A stretch of 64,000 nt of DNA, taken from positions 17,888,261-17,952,260 of the forward strand of contig CM051622.1 in assembly GCA_028020825.1 (NCBI GenBank), given 5' to 3'. This DNA comes from Podargus strigoides. Its lineage: Eukaryota. Under the pieces are notes generated by a model. That model searched no databases and had not been told where the DNA came from. It worked only from the letters and a program-made list of their open reading frames with translations. This document shows positions 60,875 to 64,000 of the stretch, in pieces. Position 1 is the first letter of the stretch. Every line of letters begins with the position of its first letter. A program made the translations under genes and the position numbers.

Positions 60875-62559
60875 CATCAGTCTCCTTCTAATTGAAATAT
60901 TTAATCACATAAATCTTTAAGATAATAGCACAGTTAGCTTTCCTTGCAGTTTTACATAAAATGTTTAAATTGAGGACACTTGATCTTATGTTATTACGGA
61001 ATAATAATACTCAATCACAGTTAAAAATACGGGGGGAAAAAGGGTCTTATAGTCTTGATTTTATATGTACTATTTTACTTGTAAGTCTGCTAAAAATACC
61101 GTATTTTTAATTTTTTTTTTCATTAATCTCTTTGGTTCATTGCACATTATAAAAGCACTTTTATAATATATTTGGGTTGATTTCTCCTAAAATCTTGTGT
61201 ACCTCTTGAATGGCATGGTAAAGAAAGCATAATGTAGTAATTCAGTTCGATATGGCAGGAGATGTTTTGACAGTGCAAGAATGTGATAAACAACTAATAA
61301 ATATCATCATAACACATCAGTGTTTTCATTTGGATGGTTTCATAATTCCTACAGAGTGCCTTGAAATACAAACAGCCAAACAGTTACTTTTCTCCTGTAC
61401 TGCTTTTCTTATGAGTCATAGGTCAATTTCTGAATACATCCCTCAGTTTTGTGGGGAGGAATGTGTTCTCCCTTTTTTTTTTTTCCTGCTGTTACTCTGT
61501 ACTCTGTTTTTATTCTGATAAAAAACTAACTGATTAGTTTTATTTTATACGGGACCAAACCCTGAAACCTAGTAACAAAACCAGACTAAAAGTGATTTAT
61601 TTTAATGTAATGGGTTTTTCACAGGCTTTTAAATGAACACATTACCTCTTCTAAATTAAGGAGCTGCACAGAATCACCCTTCGGTACTTGGTGGTCTGAG
61701 GAAATGTAGTTAGTTTGTACAGCTGCTTGCCCCGAGGCAGGACCCAGGGTGTACAGAGCACATGCTACATTTGTTTGTCCAACCACTGGAAACATTCAGA
61801 AGTGGGGGACTGCATAGCCACCACGGGTAATGTCTTACACTGCCCTTCCAAACGGAGAAGGCTCTCTAGCAGTAATAGAGAAATTACTAAGGAAGACACT
61901 GGAATCGCTTTTGTAGATGTTTCCACAAGAGCTTAAGCAAACATCTGCCAAGGATGGAGTAGATACACTTGATCTTGTAGAGGAGGTTGCTAAGAGGGAT
62001 ATCCCAAGGGCCTGCTGTGCTCCCCGTCCTTGTTTTCATGTGTGTAAGAAACCGGCTCCTGTCAGTAAATAATACAAAGGAAAGATACGTACTACGCTTC
62101 CTATTTGAAGGAGCTAGGACATGGGCTTCTTCAGAACTAGAAAGGCTCCTTGATGCAGACAATGATAAAACAGCTTATAAATCTGCCCTGAAGCCTTTGT
62201 GTGGTCAGTTGCGGCATTGCTAACAGAAAGCGAGTGCTGGAAAGACAGTGAATAAAAGGAACAGATACCTTTTTTCCCTTCACTCGAGTTAATTATTCAA
62301 AGAGTTTGGTATTTTCAGAGCTACACCACTACATCCCATACGGGTATGTACAAAAAGTATAAATTCAGGCTAAAGCCCGAGTTCCATGTGAGCAATCTCT
62401 TTTTGAGCTGTACTAACACTCTGCCTCTAGCAAAGGCAGTTAAATAAGCAACTAGGCTGTGGTTTATTTGCTGTTCTTCTAAGATTGTCTTTTTTTCTCC
62501 TGCATGTTACATAAAAAAGCTGTGCTTGCCTATAGGCAAGTAGTTTCACACGCAAAATA

Positions 62560-63700
62560 CTATGAAATCTACCAGGATTCTTTTTCCTAGTGCGACCCCC
62601 TGTCCCCCCGCAGGACCTCGCCCCGGGGTGTCCCTGAGCGTCCTTCCCGGGCCTGGCCGCAGCACCTCCCCCGGCTGGGGAGAACAGCTCCTTTGTACCG
62701 GGACATTCCCCGCGCCCGGCCTGTTCGGCGGCCAGGCCAGGCCGGCCCGGCACCCCCTGGCCCGGCAGAGCGGTCACCGGCGTGAACGTGCCTCTAGGTG
62801 CCTCCGGTCACCGCTCACCGCCTCCTTTCTCCGCAGCAGGACAGCGACCCCGACTCGGGAGCCGAGCGAGAGTTCGACCCCACTTTCGAGGAAGGGGTCC
62901 CCGGGACAACGTGCGGACAGGCAGCGCCAGCGCGGTGAACCGCGGCGCCCAGCACCGGGGTATGCGGCAGGCCGCGGACAGCCGCTGCCTTCCCAGCCTG
63001 GGCCCCGCGGGAGCCCGCGGCCTCTAGGGAAAGACCACGCCCCCAGCCCCCTGCAGGGCCTCCCGCTGCCGCGCTGAGGGCACGAAGGCCTCCGGGCTCG
63101 GGGCCCCGCCCCTGCGCGTCACGCGCTGCTGAGGCGCCGATTGGCCGCAGCCGCCGCCTCGCTCCCGCCTCGCCCAGCGGCGGATGTCGCAGCCGCCCTG
63201 CACCGTTGTCGTTTGAAATTCGGCCCAAAATGGCGGCGGCGGCGGCCGGGAGCGGGGCTGAGGCAGCGGCAGCCAGGCTGGAGGGGGCGGAGGAAGAGGA
63301 GGAGACGGCGGCCGCGGCGGAGGATGAGGAGGACGGGGAGGAAGACGGCGGCGGGGCAAGCAAGGTGCCGGACGCGGCGACGGCCGGCGGGGAGACGGGG
63401 GGCGGCGAGAGCGAGGAGGAGGAGGAGGACGTGTTCGAGGTGGAGAAGATCCTTGACGTGAAGACCGAGGGGGTGAGTGCGCGGCGCCGCCACCTGTCAC
63501 TTCGGCGCCCCCGGCCGGTCTCCGGGCGGGGCGGGTCTGGCGGTGGCCCCGGGGCCGGGCTCGCCGCTACACGAGGCGGTGCGCGGGAGCTGGGGGCGGC
63601 GGTGCCCGTGCGGCCGCGGGCCGGGGGGCGCCTGCCCGGTGGTGCGGTCCCTCGCGGGCTGCCCGGGCATATCGCTGCTCGGGGGTTCCTGCACAGGTCT
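62560..63700. promoter_or_regulatory. MPHOSPH8: CpG island and promoter of MPHOSPH8. It has an inverted CCAAT box (ccgATTGGccg, 63140-63144) and a GC box (ccccgcccc, ~63103-63115) about 90-130 bp upstream of the ATG
   Basis: Extreme GC and CpG content. The motifs were read directly from the sequence. Confidence 0.65.
63230..63472 (+). CDS. MPHOSPH8: MPHOSPH8 (MPP8) exon 1, 81 codons. Product MAAAAAGSGAEAAAARLEGAEEEEETAAAAEDEEDGEEDGGGASKVPDAATAGGETGGGESEEEEEDVFEVEKILDVKTEG. The donor GGG|gtgagt is at 63473
   Basis: Kozak context aaaATGG. The Ala-rich start, acidic tract and the beginning of the chromodomain (human has GEDVFEVEKILDMKTEG|GKVLYKVRWKGY) all match. The window ends in intron 1. Confidence 0.7.
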
Positions 63701-64000
63701 CCTGTACTTGGGGAGAACCACGCGAAAACGGTGGTTCCGTTAGAACTGCAGCTTAGAACACGTCGTGCGTAATTCTGCAAGCGAGCCGTGTTGTACCTCA
63801 CGGCTCGGACTGAGGGACTCCATCCGCAGTATCTGTACTAAGTGTTTTCTCTGCGTTGTTAGCCGCTCTTTGCCCTCGCGGCTGCACTGCAGCACTGTTT
63901 CGGTTTGAAGTGCAGAAATGGGCAGGGTTGAATATAATGGCAAACTTGGAGGTGCTCGCAGGGTGTGTTTAGTGACACTGTTTACAGGCTTACAAAATGC

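Noticed and set aside
62427-63801. Large GC-rich ORFs, including a 328-aa minus-strand ORF (62815..63801) and plus-strand ORFs 62562..63077 and 63141..63461
   Set aside because: They are low-complexity and overlap the MPHOSPH8 CpG island. The only frame giving a recognisable protein is plus 63230-63472 (Ala-rich, acidic tract, chromodomain start)
1-64000. Prokaryotic-style features such as operons, CRISPR arrays and defence islands
   Set aside because: The sequence is clearly vertebrate nuclear DNA, with spliced genes, CpG islands and CR1 LINEs. No direct-repeat and spacer architecture or dense ORF packing is present

Overview
This window is vertebrate (avian-type) genomic DNA, not prokaryotic. 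The evidence is AT-rich introns, CpG-island promoters, GT-AG splice sites and many CR1 (chicken-repeat-1) LINE fragments. Three host genes are recognisable by conceptual translation. (1) The N-terminal coding exon of CENPJ/CPAP lies on the minus strand at 615-1037. (2) The whole coding region of PARP4 (vault PARP) lies on the plus strand in about 34 coding exons from 8162 to 60874, with domain order BRCT, PARP catalytic, VIT, vWA, a long disordered exon, then the C-terminal MVP-binding part. PARP4 is head-to-head with CENPJ across a CpG island at about 2050-3070. (3) Exon 1 of MPHOSPH8 (Ala-rich and acidic N-terminus plus the start of the chromodomain, 'DVFEVEKILDVKTEG') lies on the plus strand at 63230-63472 inside a second CpG island. 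At least ten CR1 insertions occupy the PARP4 introns, including one 5'-truncated copy with an uninterrupted 654-aa reverse-transcriptase ORF. Points needing a second look: an apparent +1 frameshift inside the PARP4 catalytic-domain exon 14; a probable GC-AG intron after exon 7; an H-A-S in place of the canonical PARP H-G-S motif; two independent CR1 copies sharing the same inactivating mutations; a tandem array of ~650-bp units around the long exon 31 that creates decoy acceptor sites; an apparently missing or cryptic small exon between exons 31 and 33; and LTR-like inserts. All coordinates were derived by hand from the printed sequence, and all homology statements are from memory of the protein families, not from searches.
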